Source: a virus. Taken from it: a stretch of DNA of 64,000 nucleotides. This document shows positions 18,601 through 27,541 of the stretch, one piece after another. The position numbers and the translations under genes were made by a program. The notes under the pieces are model-generated. The model did no database searches and was not told the origin of the DNA. It saw only the letters and a list, made by a program, of their open reading frames with translations. Position 1 is the first letter of the stretch; each line of letters starts with the position of its first letter. The DNA lies in IMG/VR virus record IMGVR_UViG_3300015371_000013, positions 1 to 64,000 of that record; one strand, given 5' to 3'.

Positions 18601-19509
18601 GAACTTGATACCCGTAGGATGCACATCGATCAAGCGGCGGATAATGCCCGACTTGGCGTCAGAAATTCTCACCGGCTGGTTCGAGCCCAGGAACAACATG
18701 GCATCGATCCGGGAAGAATATGCGGGCTTGTACTTCTCGTTCATCGTCATCTGCTCATGAGCGATGATCGAATTAAGCCGAGCGTTTTCCTCGATGCGGC
18801 TCAGATCGCCATCGTGCTGAATCGCCACCAGCGGATTGGACTTGAACACTTCGGTGGCAAAGGCCGAATTGGAAGACCCCAGGGCTTTACCATCAAAGCT
18901 CGTGCAATATCCCTCGAACAGCATGTTGATGATGTTCATCACCGTCGACTTCCCGGTGCCAGGAGGCCCATAGAAGACGATGAACTTCTGGATCTTCTTG
19001 GAATCACCAGCAATAATCGAACCGATCGCCCATTCGATCTTGGCTCGTTCATCTGGCGAATAAAGCGTGGACATGAGTTCATCCCACGCGGAAATATCCC
19101 CCTCGCCGATGGCATAGGGAAGCATCTTGCTGACATAATCTGATTTCTTTATCTCCGCATTGGCGAAGGTCAGATTACGATCCAGCGGTTTACTGTTATC
19201 GGAAATATGGGCCATGAACTTTCGAAATTGAGCCCAGGAGTTGGAATGGAACGATCGCATGAATTTTACGAGATAACGCTGCCCGGTCTCCCGCTGCAGT
19301 TTTTCCTTCTCCTGGGCCAGAACTTCATCGACGAGCCGTTGCACGTCGTATTCGTCTCTCGACCACAGATTCTTTTCGGGATCCCAGATGGCATAGAATC
19401 GTCCACCCTGGACCATCAGATCCTCGGAGCGCCCAACCACAAAGTCAGGATATAGCTCCAACTGCTTGTCCTTTGCTTCCCTCGCAAGGATCTGAATGAA
19501 GTCCATCAC
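15685..19509 (-). CDS. Helicase-primase-DNA polymerase fusion (SF3 helicase, prim-pol, 3'-5' exonuclease, PolB-like)
   Basis: GPPGTGKS; VIDFD and SRSGSGIHLHY; FDVEV, YNRRFD, YCVND; DVVSMHP, NIVYG, KTDS. Confidence 0.9.
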   Translation of the reverse strand: MMDFIQILAREAKDKQLELYPDFVVGRSEDLMVQGGRFYAIWDPEKNLWSRDEYDVQRLVDEVLAQEKEKLQRETGQRYLVKFMRSFHSNSWAQFRKFMAHISDNSKPLDRNLTFANAEIKKSDYVSKMLPYAIGEGDISAWDELMSTLYSPDERAKIEWAIGSIIAGDSKKIQKFIVFYGPPGTGKSTVMNIINMLFEGYCTSFDGKALGSSNSAFATEVFKSNPLVAIQHDGDLSRIEENARLNSIIAHEQMTMNEKYKPAYSSRIDAMLFLGSNQPVRISDAKSGIIRRLIDVHPTGIKFGAKRYQTLMTQIGFELGAIAHHCLSVYLSMGKNYYNTYRPMEMMLQTDVFFNFIEAHYDVFKSQDYTTLKQAYFLYKTYCEESGINRPLPQYKMREELRNYFEEFKDRVEIDGELVRSVYRGFTADKFKAPTDDRTVFSLVLEEKVSLLDDFYADCPAQLANSEGMPTKRWANVETKLSDIDTRKIHYVKIPENHVVIDFDLKGQNGRKALERNLEAASQWPATYAEISRSGSGIHLHYIYTGDVSELSPVFAEGVEVKTYSGDASLRRKLSRCNRVPVAKISSGLPLRERKETMLKAKTIQSEQGLRELINRNLRKEIHPGTKPSIDFIKKILDDAYESGMKYDVTDLRSKIMAFANNSSNQAAACLRIVKDMKWASEETEESKEERFTAERSVEVTDDRLVFFDVEVYPNLFVVCWKFQGSPDVARMINPKPHDVAELFKFKLVGFYNRRFDNHILYAAAMGASNEELYRLTVKIIEGNRAATFAQAYNLSYADIWDFSTEKKSLKKFEIDLGILHMELDLPWDKPVDETNWGRVVEYCVNDVKATEAVFEARRGDYLARQILAELSGLTVNDTTQNHTARIIFGKDVKTAHKKFVYTDLSEQFPGYKFELGKSYYKGEEPGEGGYVYAEPGIYENVAVLDVVSMHPTTIKILNLFGPYTKNYAALTEARVAIKQEDYEKARFLLDGRLAKFLEGAEDDTAGRHGTDLAYALRIALNIVYGLTSAKFDNPFRDVRNKDNIVAKRGALFMIDLKQFLQDEGYQVIHIKTDSVKIPNANLDVIGAVKTFGSLYGYEFEHEETVDRFCLVNDAVYIAGIQTVPWEEGYPKYNWEAVGAQFQHPYVFKTLFSKEGTTFDDYCEARSVQKGTMYLYTGSETPVNGVLSASDGQLKHVGRTGLFVPVKEGGGALYRCFEDKYYAVSGTKGHLWMESEAAIEAGDDLQIDMSYFEKLKDAAVTAIEGFGSFRKFVS

Positions 19510-19850
19510 TCTCCTTTCTGTTTATTACTCGTCGTCGGGTTTCAGTGGCTCATAACTGAATCCGCGGTTCTCTTCGCGATGGATTCCCCACCACGCTATG
19601 AGAAAGCAGACTACGGCAATCAATAACACAGCCACTGCCGCGTATAACAAAGTGTCTTTACTCATGGACCTCCGGTACATCGTCGCTGTAATATCTAAAT
19701 CCCACTGTGGTTTCGGCGTGAGTACTTTCGGCTAGGTTACAGTGTTTGCACAACGACCACCATTCGCCCTTGGGCTCGAACGGATGATCGGTAGTAATAG
19801 AAGGAGTTTGATCGTGTAAGACTTCCTTAGGTCTTGCTTTTCGTGAATCT

Positions 19851-20408
19851 TCAATTGCCATGTCGATGCTCCGGGTGAAGTTCTTCAATGAATGAATTCA
19901 TCTGATACCAGAGTTCGATACGAGTCTGATCGTCATCTGGCCAGGCCAAGGGGAAAAATCCACCTGTGCCGTCAGGCAAATATGTTCTCTCCATGGCAAC
20001 CTGCATGATTTCCCCGGCTTTACGCTGCTTGGGTCTGGTAAATGGGTCTGATAGTCGGTTTAGCTCCAGGTTGGTCAAGAGCTCCCATGCCCAACCCGAC
20101 GGTCGTCCTCCGGCGGCAAACCCCAATCGACGGGAAAGCCCGATCAGAACTTCCAGGAAAGACCCTGGACCCAGTTTCTCCATGTCACGATGACGAACCT
20201 GAAACTCGCGAGAAAATTCTGTCCGCAATTCCAGGCCGTCGGCAACTCGGTTGTCATCCAAGGGAACACTCCAAATAAATGGAGTATCAAACATGAAGTT
20301 GAGAAGTCCCCAATAGGTTTTTCCCTGACTTCCAGACTTATCATTGAGTTGGGGTTCCAACCAATGAAGGTATTCTTCTCTTACCTCCTCAATCGTCCTC
20401 CTGCTCAT
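19851..20408 (-). CDS. Conserved phage protein
   Basis: DDNRVADG..LR, SFLEVLIGL, GGFFPL, ELWYQM motifs recalled from this phage group. Confidence 0.75.
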   Translation of the reverse strand: MSRRTIEEVREEYLHWLEPQLNDKSGSQGKTYWGLLNFMFDTPFIWSVPLDDNRVADGLELRTEFSREFQVRHRDMEKLGPGSFLEVLIGLSRRLGFAAGGRPSGWAWELLTNLELNRLSDPFTRPKQRKAGEIMQVAMERTYLPDGTGGFFPLAWPDDDQTRIELWYQMNSFIEELHPEHRHGN

Positions 20409-21282
20409 CTCTTTCCTTCATTCGCATCCTTTCCAGATTTCGGTAAGCTGGCGAATCGTGAGTGAATCCGTGAACCTCCTCGGCGAATTTGTTCGGAGAT
20501 CTGATCACCTCATAGATGATCTCCACCTTGTCGTTACGAACATAGACGATGACAGGATCTCCTGAGCCATGACCGAAACGGAGCAGGTTGCCTTCGCCTA
20601 TCAACTCAGCACGATCGGTGTGGCCGATGACCTCATCGCGATCATTGCAGAGAACATCATCGCCTTCGTAATAGGTCACCGTGACCATGTCATAGCCTTC
20701 AGAAGCGTCGTCATACTTCTCGTCGACATGAATGACGTAGGGAATCTCCGGGGACCGGCTCTTGCGTTCCTCATGCCAGTCCCACTCAAATTCCTCTTCG
20801 ATCCCATCCTGGACGAATATGTTCTGAACTTCTGTGCTTTTGATCTCTGGCTCAACCCGAGGCGGCTGATCAGAGGGGTCATCGCTTTCGACCACTCGAG
20901 TCGGGGGCGGAACCGCCATGGGAGGCGGGGTTTCCTTCTCAGTTGGAGAATATCCCCGCTCTTTGACGATCTCCCCGACCGGACGTTTGGCTTCCTTGGC
21001 CTCAAGCGCCCGCGCCTTCTCCTGATAGTGGCGCCGCATCTCAGAAATCTCGTCGTCGGAAATCTTGGAGTACTTTGTCTCCGCTCGCGAATATGCGAAC
21101 TTGTAAGCTACGAAGGCTCCCGTAGCCGCTCCTAGAAACCATCCTCCCACTGCGTAACTGATCTTGGCCCGATTGAGCGCTCGAATCGCCTGCTCGGCTA
21201 GTTCAGCCTGATCCGAGACTTCGCCCGCCACGTCAGCGGCAACGTTGATGACAGTCTCAGCGGCTTTATCCGCAGCACTCAT
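20389..21282 (-). CDS. Conserved membrane-anchored phage protein
   Basis: N-terminal TM; PYVI..D, YYEGDDVL, VYVRN motifs. Confidence 0.75.
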   Translation of the reverse strand: MSAADKAAETVINVAADVAGEVSDQAELAEQAIRALNRAKISYAVGGWFLGAATGAFVAYKFAYSRAETKYSKISDDEISEMRRHYQEKARALEAKEAKRPVGEIVKERGYSPTEKETPPPMAVPPPTRVVESDDPSDQPPRVEPEIKSTEVQNIFVQDGIEEEFEWDWHEERKSRSPEIPYVIHVDEKYDDASEGYDMVTVTYYEGDDVLCNDRDEVIGHTDRAELIGEGNLLRFGHGSGDPVIVYVRNDKVEIIYEVIRSPNKFAEEVHGFTHDSPAYRNLERMRMKERDEQEDD

Positions 21283-22241
21283 AGATCTCCCCGCGCCTTT
21301 CGCTTGTCAATCAGATCCCAGATGGGGCCATCGACATTGAAGTCGAGAAGAATGGATCCCTCTCGACCGTTCATACCTCTGAAGAAATCGCTGCCATGTC
21401 CGTTCTCATCCCAACAACCGAAATCCACCCAGTTATCACCAGCGTGTTTCTCGTTATGTGGATCCCATACCCAGCCCACGATGGCTCCGGCTGAGGTATG
21501 TGACAATCCGATCATGGAATATACTTCATTGAGGAACAGATGGCCTCGGGAATGAAGCATGTCATTGGCCCAATTCTGCTGATCTCGCAACCACTTCCAA
21601 TTTCCGTAATCGAATGCTGGAGACTGGAAGTTAGGATTCTCCTCGTCGAACCAACGAGCATAGCCCGAGGGCTCGCCCGGCTCCACAATGACGGTATCGA
21701 CCGCCTTGCCGGTCTCCTCGTCGATGATGGTAACTTCCTCGGCCCCATATCGGAGCTCGCGATCGGTCTGTTCGCCATAGCGGTCGACCACTCGCTGTCG
21801 GTACATTCTGAAGGCATGGTCTACCGCGACATAGGCTGCCGTCAAAGCTGCGTTGCGATCCTTTAGGATTTGGTGAGACTTGGTCAAACAGACCAGTCCA
21901 ACCCCTCCGAGAATAACCGAGGGAGCATAGAGCTTGGCGATCTTGACTAGTCCCTTGGCCTTGATGATGCGGAGATCCTCTTCCATCTCTGCTTCGCTGT
22001 ACGTCGTACCTTCTCGAGCCTGGCCAGAGTCGACGTAAGCCTTGGCCTCGGCAGCCTTCTTCTTATTGGTTTCAATTTCGTCGAACACTTCTTCGAGTTG
22101 AAGGGTGGCTCGACAGGCCAGGACAGTGGAGCCCACCATGCTGACCACACCAGCGCCGAGCAAGATCGTCGGCGAATTCTTGCGAGCAACTAATACTTGC
22201 TCAGCGACCTTGCGACTGATCGCATGGGGGATGAATTTCAT
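21279..22241 (-). CDS. Conserved membrane-associated phage protein (DUF6353-like)
   Basis: KNSPTILLGAG, KLYAP, GHLFLNEVY, LDFNVDG. Confidence 0.75.
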   Translation of the reverse strand: MKFIPHAISRKVAEQVLVARKNSPTILLGAGVVSMVGSTVLACRATLQLEEVFDEIETNKKKAAEAKAYVDSGQAREGTTYSEAEMEEDLRIIKAKGLVKIAKLYAPSVILGGVGLVCLTKSHQILKDRNAALTAAYVAVDHAFRMYRQRVVDRYGEQTDRELRYGAEEVTIIDEETGKAVDTVIVEPGEPSGYARWFDEENPNFQSPAFDYGNWKWLRDQQNWANDMLHSRGHLFLNEVYSMIGLSHTSAGAIVGWVWDPHNEKHAGDNWVDFGCWDENGHGSDFFRGMNGREGSILLDFNVDGPIWDLIDKRKARGDL

Positions 22242-22593
22242 CTAAGCTCCTTATTGGGATTCTTGGTCTTCTTGGCCGATCTCTGAATTTTTCAGCAGAG
22301 AGTTACAGTTCAAGCATTGTGAGCGATACTTACCCACTCGAGAATATCCCTTGGTGCTACCACATTCGGTGCAGGGAAAGGGACGTGATTGGGGTTCTGG
22401 TTCTTGATTATCAGGCATCAGTTCTTCTCCGCCAGATGTAAGTGAAGGACACAGTAGATCGGATCAGAATATCCCTTGGGTTTGTCTTCTACGGAAACAA
22501 TGTTCGGACATCCTGGAGCATCACAGTTACGAAACTCGTGTTTGACCACTGGCTTGCGACTTGTATACACCTTCTCTCTTGGTTGTTTCATGC

Positions 22594-23250
22594 TTATAGA
22601 GATTGTGGTTCAGGAAGATCTAGCAAATATCCTTTTCCGCCTTTCATAGGTCGGACCTGAGCCCCAGGAAGAGAAGTCCATCCCCACTTGTGATCGGTGT
22701 GATCACTACGAATACCAACCATGTCGTAGAGCTCAGACACCTTTACCACGCCAAACCGAGAAAGAAATTCGAACATCTGATCGAGCACTTCAGTGGCTTC
22801 GGCTCGTGAGGAAATAACAATCTCGTCAAAGTCATGTCGAACTCTGGCCTGACGAGACAGCATACGAGTTCCTGAAGAAGTTGGCGGTCGAGTCGTACTG
22901 TAGGATTGATAATTCGTACGAGGAGGGTTGTCAGAATATACCGACTGATTGCCGTAGCGTCGTGAACGTCGTCCCTCGCCATAGATCCACCGATCGAAAC
23001 CGCCTTGGATTGCGTTGTAGACCACATCCCGAATCTCCGGAATGACAATTTCGGTCAAAGCGAAATCGACTGCGCTTCGAGGGTCTCCGGCGATGAAGAT
23101 TTCTTTAAAACGTCGTCCAACCCCTTTTCTCCGCCGATCGGCCTCGGCAGAGGTGATGCGCTCGATCCTATCCGGCCCCACATCTTGTGGAGGCCCTTCG
23201 GATCGTGCTCGTGCCTTGGCACTGTTGGCGGGAAACTCTTGCATGTACAT
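22594..23250 (-). CDS. Conserved phage protein
   Basis: SRAEA.EVL..M....FG.V.V.ELYD.VG...D.KWGW, YLLDLP. Confidence 0.75.
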   Translation of the reverse strand: MYMQEFPANSAKARARSEGPPQDVGPDRIERITSAEADRRRKGVGRRFKEIFIAGDPRSAVDFALTEIVIPEIRDVVYNAIQGGFDRWIYGEGRRSRRYGNQSVYSDNPPRTNYQSYSTTRPPTSSGTRMLSRQARVRHDFDEIVISSRAEATEVLDQMFEFLSRFGVVKVSELYDMVGIRSDHTDHKWGWTSLPGAQVRPMKGGKGYLLDLPEPQSL

Positions 23251-23305
23251 CCTTGGTTGAGGTGAAAGAAAAAAGAGAGTCCGTGATGGACCCTCTTTAG
23301 AGGTA

Positions 23306-23467
23306 CTACTTGCCAGCGTCCTTCATGGCGCGTCTAGCGACTTCCTGCTTCCAGGCCGCCGAGTTGATGAGCTTGCTTGCGGCGCCGAGCAGTGCAGCTG
23401 CGACTCCGAGAGCAAGAATGGGATTCTCTTCGGCCTGTTCCTTCAGGTTGTGGATAAACTTGTCCAT
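23306..23467 (-). CDS. 53-aa single-pass membrane cassette protein
   Basis: RBS AGGAGG; promoter 23496-23519 and terminator 23266-23298. Confidence 0.7.
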   Translation of the reverse strand: MDKFIHNLKEQAEENPILALGVAAALLGAASKLINSAAWKQEVARRAMKDAGK

Positions 23468-23495
23468 GGATTCCTCCTGGATAGGGTAGCTTTTC

Positions 23496-23519
23496 ATTAT
23501 AGGAGGGGTTTTTCCCGCG
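23496..23519 (-). promoter_or_regulatory. Phage promoter element CGCG-N14-TATAAT
   Basis: Consensus match. Confidence 0.8.
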
Positions 23520-23532
23520 ATCTCACCCGGAC

Positions 23533-23633
23533 AAAAAAGAAAGCCTGTGCGAGAATGAACTCTAAGGTTACTCACAGGTGTCTATCGCATTATTTCTCCA
23601 AAGCCTTGGATCGGCGGGCAATAGCACTCTTTC
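23533..23633 (-). ncRNA. Promoter-driven ~100-nt three-way-junction RNA
   Basis: GAAAG/CUUUC closing stem then U6; arms GUGCUAUUGC/GCGAUAGACAC and CUGUG/CACAG; no RBS-led ORF. Confidence 0.7.
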
Positions 23634-23657
23634 ATTAAAGGCTATGTTTTTCACGCG
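23634..23657 (-). promoter_or_regulatory. Phage promoter element CGCG-N14-TTTAAT
   Basis: Consensus spacing. Confidence 0.75.
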
Positions 23658-23706
23658 AATTACACAAAAAAGAGAACCTGCGTTTTAGACAGATTCTCCT
23701 TTGAGA

Positions 23707-23988
23707 TTACTTCTCCTGCTTGTCGTTCTTCTTAGCTTGGCGATTGTTCCACTTCTCGGTGAGGAAGTCGGCGGTCTTGTCGACGGCGATATCGGTGAGA
23801 CTGCCGCAGGCGTTACTTACGCCCCAGCCAACGATACCCGCTCCGATCTTGACGATCATGGCGTCCTTCTCGAAATTGGTGTTGTTGGCTGTGGTGTTGG
23901 TAACAACTTCGGCCGTCTTGATAGCGACGATCGACCTAGCGACCCACTTCGCAATGTTGCGAGCGGTGAAATCAGTAGGATCCAGCAT
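23707..23988 (-). CDS. Cassette protein with hydrophobic segment
   Basis: AGGAG RBS; promoter 24020-24043; terminator ~23666-23702. Confidence 0.7.
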   Translation of the reverse strand: MLDPTDFTARNIAKWVARSIVAIKTAEVVTNTTANNTNFEKDAMIVKIGAGIVGWGVSNACGSLTDIAVDKTADFLTEKWNNRQAKKNDKQEK

Positions 23989-24019
23989 AGAATTACTCCT
24001 AGTTTGGGGTTTGGTTCTC

Positions 24020-24043
24020 ATTATAGGCGATGAAATATACGCG
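24020..24043 (-). promoter_or_regulatory. Phage promoter element CGCG-N14-TATAAT
   Basis: Consensus match. Confidence 0.8.
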
Positions 24044-24125
24044 AGCCACGCGCTAACCCGTCCCACTGCTCGCACTCTACTGGCGCCGCCACTGGAGATA
24101 AGCCGGTCTTTCGTAGAGCTAAAAC

Positions 24126-24353
24126 TTAGAACAACTCAAGCTGGTCATCTTGATCATCTTGATCTTCTCGAATATCCCGTTCGAGTTCTTCAGGAGTCTC
24201 AGGTTTAGGCTTCTGACTATCTCTGATAAACCTGAGATAAACCGCTGTGATTCGATCTCTCGGCCAATTGGCGACCTTTTCTTGCCAGGCCAGGCCGGGA
24301 TACATCTTGGATACGTAATTTCGACGATCACGATCTTCTTTGTCTTGACTCAT
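24126..24353 (-). CDS. Conserved small phage protein
   Basis: R..V..MYPG..W..KV..W....I.AVY.R motif. Confidence 0.65.
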   Translation of the reverse strand: MSQDKEDRDRRNYVSKMYPGLAWQEKVANWPRDRITAVYLRFIRDSQKPKPETPEELERDIREDQDDQDDQLELF

Positions 24354-24356
24354 AAT

Positions 24357-24464
24357 CTATCGCCAGGACCATAGAATGGCAAAGAATATAAGGCACAGCC
24401 CCACCAGCATGATGGCCAGTACCTCACCTGGGCCCAGGCAGAGTCCAAGCCATTTGCAGAGCAT
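24357..24464 (-). CDS. 35-aa hydrophobic peptide (not in ORF track)
   Basis: AAAGGA RBS; MLCKWLG...LAIMLVGLCLIFFAILWSWR. Confidence 0.5.
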   Translation of the reverse strand: MLCKWLGLCLGPGEVLAIMLVGLCLIFFAILWSWR

Positions 24465-24579
24465 GGATTTGTCCTTTGAAATCGAGATTCTGAGCTGCCT
24501 CCATTGCCGTGCGGGATGAGCACCATGGCAATTGGCACTCCCTGCTGTTCTTCACAGCCAGGTCGCAGATCATCCCCTG

Positions 24580-24766
24580 CCCGTGGCGCCTACGTCTGGA
24601 GGGCGTACGGGTGGAGGAATGACCCCACTCAGAGTCTTTCTGAGTGGTCTTTTCCTAGAGGATATGGGGTACAAGGACGCAACTGCTTCTATCGCTGTTG
24701 TCTTTTATAGGCTAGCACTCTATGGGCTGCCGTCCTTGCCTTGCGCTTACCCCATCTCCCTAGGAG
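24580..24766 (-). ncRNA. Candidate structured RNA(s)
   Basis: 9-bp hairpin 24625-47; nested stems 24653-58/24760-65, 24664-71/24748-55, 24672-79/24731-38. Confidence 0.55.
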
Positions 24767-24770
24767 AGCT

Positions 24771-24986
24771 TTAACCCACCACGCTGATCTGGCGGATCAC
24801 GAACGCGTTCGAGGCACTTCCATGCGCGGAGAGTTCCAACCTATCTCCCCGAGGCGTGATCCTCAATCGGGCTTGTGGGTTACTTCTGCTCTCCACGAAC
24901 ACTTCTCCGCTGGGATTCGTGTATACCACCACGTCCCGGCTTTCGAAGTGAATCGGAAACTGCTCGGTTCCGATGTGAGAGGCCAT
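24771..24986 (-). CDS. Hypothetical protein
   Basis: AGGAGG RBS. Confidence 0.6.
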   Translation of the reverse strand: MASHIGTEQFPIHFESRDVVVYTNPSGEVFVESRSNPQARLRITPRGDRLELSAHGSASNAFVIRQISVVG

Positions 24987-25064
24987 GCATCCTCCTACTG
25001 TGGTTTAAGCCACCACATGGGCTTGACTACCTTTTGAAGCCATAGTTTTAAATATGCAAGCCAC

Positions 25065-25300
25065 GGGTCCGAACTATCCTACCCTGCCTGCTCTCTACCG
25101 GCGCCTGACTATTGAACGAACGAAGCCAAGAATTCAATAGTCGGTATTTTGTAGAGCGTCTTACCTCTAGTTTGGGTTTTGGTTATGCGTCAAATATGAC
25201 CGTGAGACCGTATAGTTTGCTGGCTCCCGGTGTTCGACGACGAATATGAGGTCAATCAAATCCGGTTACTTAGCCTATTATTTGGTCGTTGCACGGACCC
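25065..25300 (-). ncRNA. Candidate ~235-nt structured RNA
   Basis: Terminal stem 25065-71/25294-300, 10-bp stem 25107-16/25133-42, stem 25093-98/25151-56. Confidence 0.5.
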
Positions 25301-25325
25301 CTTAACAGGTACCAGCTTTAAAGAT

Positions 25326-25961
25326 TTAGGCCAGCTTGAAACGACCGGCAGCTAGACCGGTCTGAAGATCGGATGAATCCATCTCTACGACTTCGGCCTG
25401 GGTGAGAGTGACCGGATTATTAGAAGTGGCTGAGGCAATCTTTTTATCTCGATCAGCCTTCGTCTCGGCTATAGATCTCTGAGCAACCGCCGGTCGGGGA
25501 CCCATAGGTGTCTGAGCTCCATCAGCTTGAGCCTTCTCTGCCTGGGCTCGAATATCACCGGCAATCTTCTCAAGGTTGCTGGGAACCACACCGTTCATGA
25601 ATTCGGCGGCAGCTCCGGCGTCCGTACACAGCTCGAAGAGCAGCTGGGAAAAGGCTTCGGTAGAGGCAAATTCTTCCCAGATGACCGATGACTTGCGGAA
25701 GCTGTCTCCGTCTTTTCTGCCATAGGCTCGACGAATAATATCCTTGATCTCGGTCATGATGGCTTTGCCATCTTCAGAATCGACGATACGCTGAAGCTTG
25801 GCCTGCATACCCGTAAGCGTCTCGCCATCTTTGACGTATTTCACGCCGTGTTCTTCCATCTCCATCTCGACCAGATCAGCCTTGGAAATATGAAAGTAGT
25901 GTTCCTCCGTCACCTCCTCTTCGGTGAACGGGTTCTCGTAGGTGATGGTCTTCTTGAGCAA
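25326..25961 (-). CDS. Conserved phage protein (MLKKTITY family; possibly tail assembly chaperone-like)
   Basis: TTG start after AAGGAG; YFHISKADLVEME, AYGRK.G..FRKS, F..TEAFSQL. Confidence 0.7.
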   Translation of the reverse strand: MLKKTITYENPFTEEEVTEEHYFHISKADLVEMEMEEHGVKYVKDGETLTGMQAKLQRIVDSEDGKAIMTEIKDIIRRAYGRKDGDSFRKSSVIWEEFASTEAFSQLLFELCTDAGAAAEFMNGVVPSNLEKIAGDIRAQAEKAQADGAQTPMGPRPAVAQRSIAETKADRDKKIASATSNNPVTLTQAEVVEMDSSDLQTGLAAGRFKLA

Positions 25962-26022
25962 CGCGCTCCTTTCAACAAGGGAGCCTCCGTGCTCTGGATA
26001 ATTGCGTCCTTTCGAAATATAA

Positions 26023-26093
26023 GGCCATAGCCGGTCGCTGGGATTGCGCCAACTTGTTACATAGCGGTAGCGAACCGTACCGGCATTATGGCC
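26023..26093 (-). ncRNA. Candidate ~70-nt structured RNA
   Basis: GGCCAUA/UAUGGCC plus GCCGGU/ACCGGC, followed by UUAUAUUU. Confidence 0.5.
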
Positions 26094-26328
26094 CAGGGGT
26101 TACTTGTTCAGCAGCTTCGGCTTGCGCTCAAACCACCATGCGAGTCCGAAGGCACCGAGGGTGGTAGCGAGGATGATGAAAAACGGCTTCATGGCATCGA
26201 CGGGGACGGCTCAGGGGTTGATGGCGATGACGAAGGCGGTGACGGCTTCTCAGGCGCGCTCTTGCCCAGAAAATCGTCGATGATGTCACTGAGCATGTAG
26301 CCAACGGCTACTCCGAGCAGGAACTTGG

Positions 26329-26909
26329 TCATCGATTTCCCCCATTGGGATCGACCGTTTGGGCGGCCTTGGCCGCTGCCGTCGCTGCCTCGGCCCGCAG
26401 GGTCTTGCTGCCAAAGCGGTTGAGCGTGAACAGGAGGCCTACTCCGACCACCAAGCCTCCCAGCGCGCTCTGCTTGAAGACCTTCTTGCCGTGCTCGGTG
26501 ATGATGAGACGCGCGATCTCGTCCTCTCCCAGCGGTGTGGTGAAACCCTCACCAGTCTTAAGGGTCTTGAAACCCAACAATGTACTCTCCTTTGTTTTAT
26601 ATGACGATGTTCAGACGGTCAGGACTTGACGCAACCGGCTCTGAAACGGAGCACGCCGACGACGAACATGCTCGCGCCCAGCCCCATGAAGGTGGTCCCC
26701 CACGCCAGGTTTTCTTTGGCGAGCATCTCGGGCGTCTTGTTGATGGTGGTTCGGTTGATCACCGGGGGCTTGACGGCCGCCTTCTCGAGCAGCTCGTTGT
26801 ACCTCTCGACTGCGATCTTGACGGTACCGTCGCTTGCCGTCTTGATGGTCTGGACGTTCTCACTGGATTCGGCCATTGTACTCTCCTTGTTGTTATGAAT
26901 ATAAATCAA
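26329..26909 (-). other. Two membrane-protein CDSs (26329..26580, 26619..~26876)
   Basis: Both preceded by the same AACAA(A)GGAGAGTACA leader; C-terminal TM segments. Confidence 0.65.
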
Positions 26910-27122
26910 CGGAGCCCCCGATCCAGTACCGGGCCCTTAGGCAGACCGGCTACTGAACCGAGGGCTGTGATCCGTCGAGGCCGGTTCCCATCCGACCATC
27001 CCTCCTGAGGGATACTTGAAATATGTGGTCCGCGCTGAGGGAGAGGCATCAAAGTCCTTATGCCGACCACTCTCGATAGCCTCTTGCCTATTACCGTTGA
27101 TTAGATAATAGGTCTATCGAGT
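26909..27122 (-). ncRNA. Cluster of long intergenic hairpins, candidate RNA(s)
   Basis: Nested stems acgga/tccgt, gccc/gggc, cagta/tactg, ccgg/ccgg; ctcgatag/ctatcgag with cctatta/taatagg. Confidence 0.45.
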
Positions 27123-27134
27123 ACTACTTCAGAA

Positions 27135-27230
27135 CTACTTCTGCTTGGCCCACTTCTCCATCATCTGGAGCAAGGCGTCGGCCAGACGTTGCTTTCGATT
27201 CCTCTTACGACGAAGAAATGGGATGCGCAT
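27135..27230 (-). CDS. 31-aa basic peptide (not in ORF track)
   Basis: AAGGAG RBS; MRIPFLRRKRNRKQRLADALLQMMEKWAKQK. Confidence 0.5.
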   Translation of the reverse strand: MRIPFLRRKRNRKQRLADALLQMMEKWAKQK

Positions 27231-27541
27231 CTTGGGGTCTCCTTATTCTGGATCAAGAAAATATGACTGACTTAACGAGAGGGATGGATCGCCGTATTCA
27301 TTAGTGATCACAAACTGCGCTTCGTCGAATTTCTTTAAGATCCGATTTCGTTTCTGACTATTCCGCATTCGACGTCTATACAACGACGATCGTTTAGGAT
27401 AGTCCTGTGTTACTTGATGATTCTCTGCTATTTCCATCGGCCGAGAAACTTCAGACCGACCCCTCCGATGATGCCACTGGCGATGAGCATAAATATGCTG
27501 ATACCAGGGCATCAACCGGAGCTCGGGTGCTTCAAGTCGAT

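Noticed and set aside
25050-25300. tmRNA
   Set aside because: No tRNA-like 3' end or T-loop, and no tag frame ending in Ala-Ala
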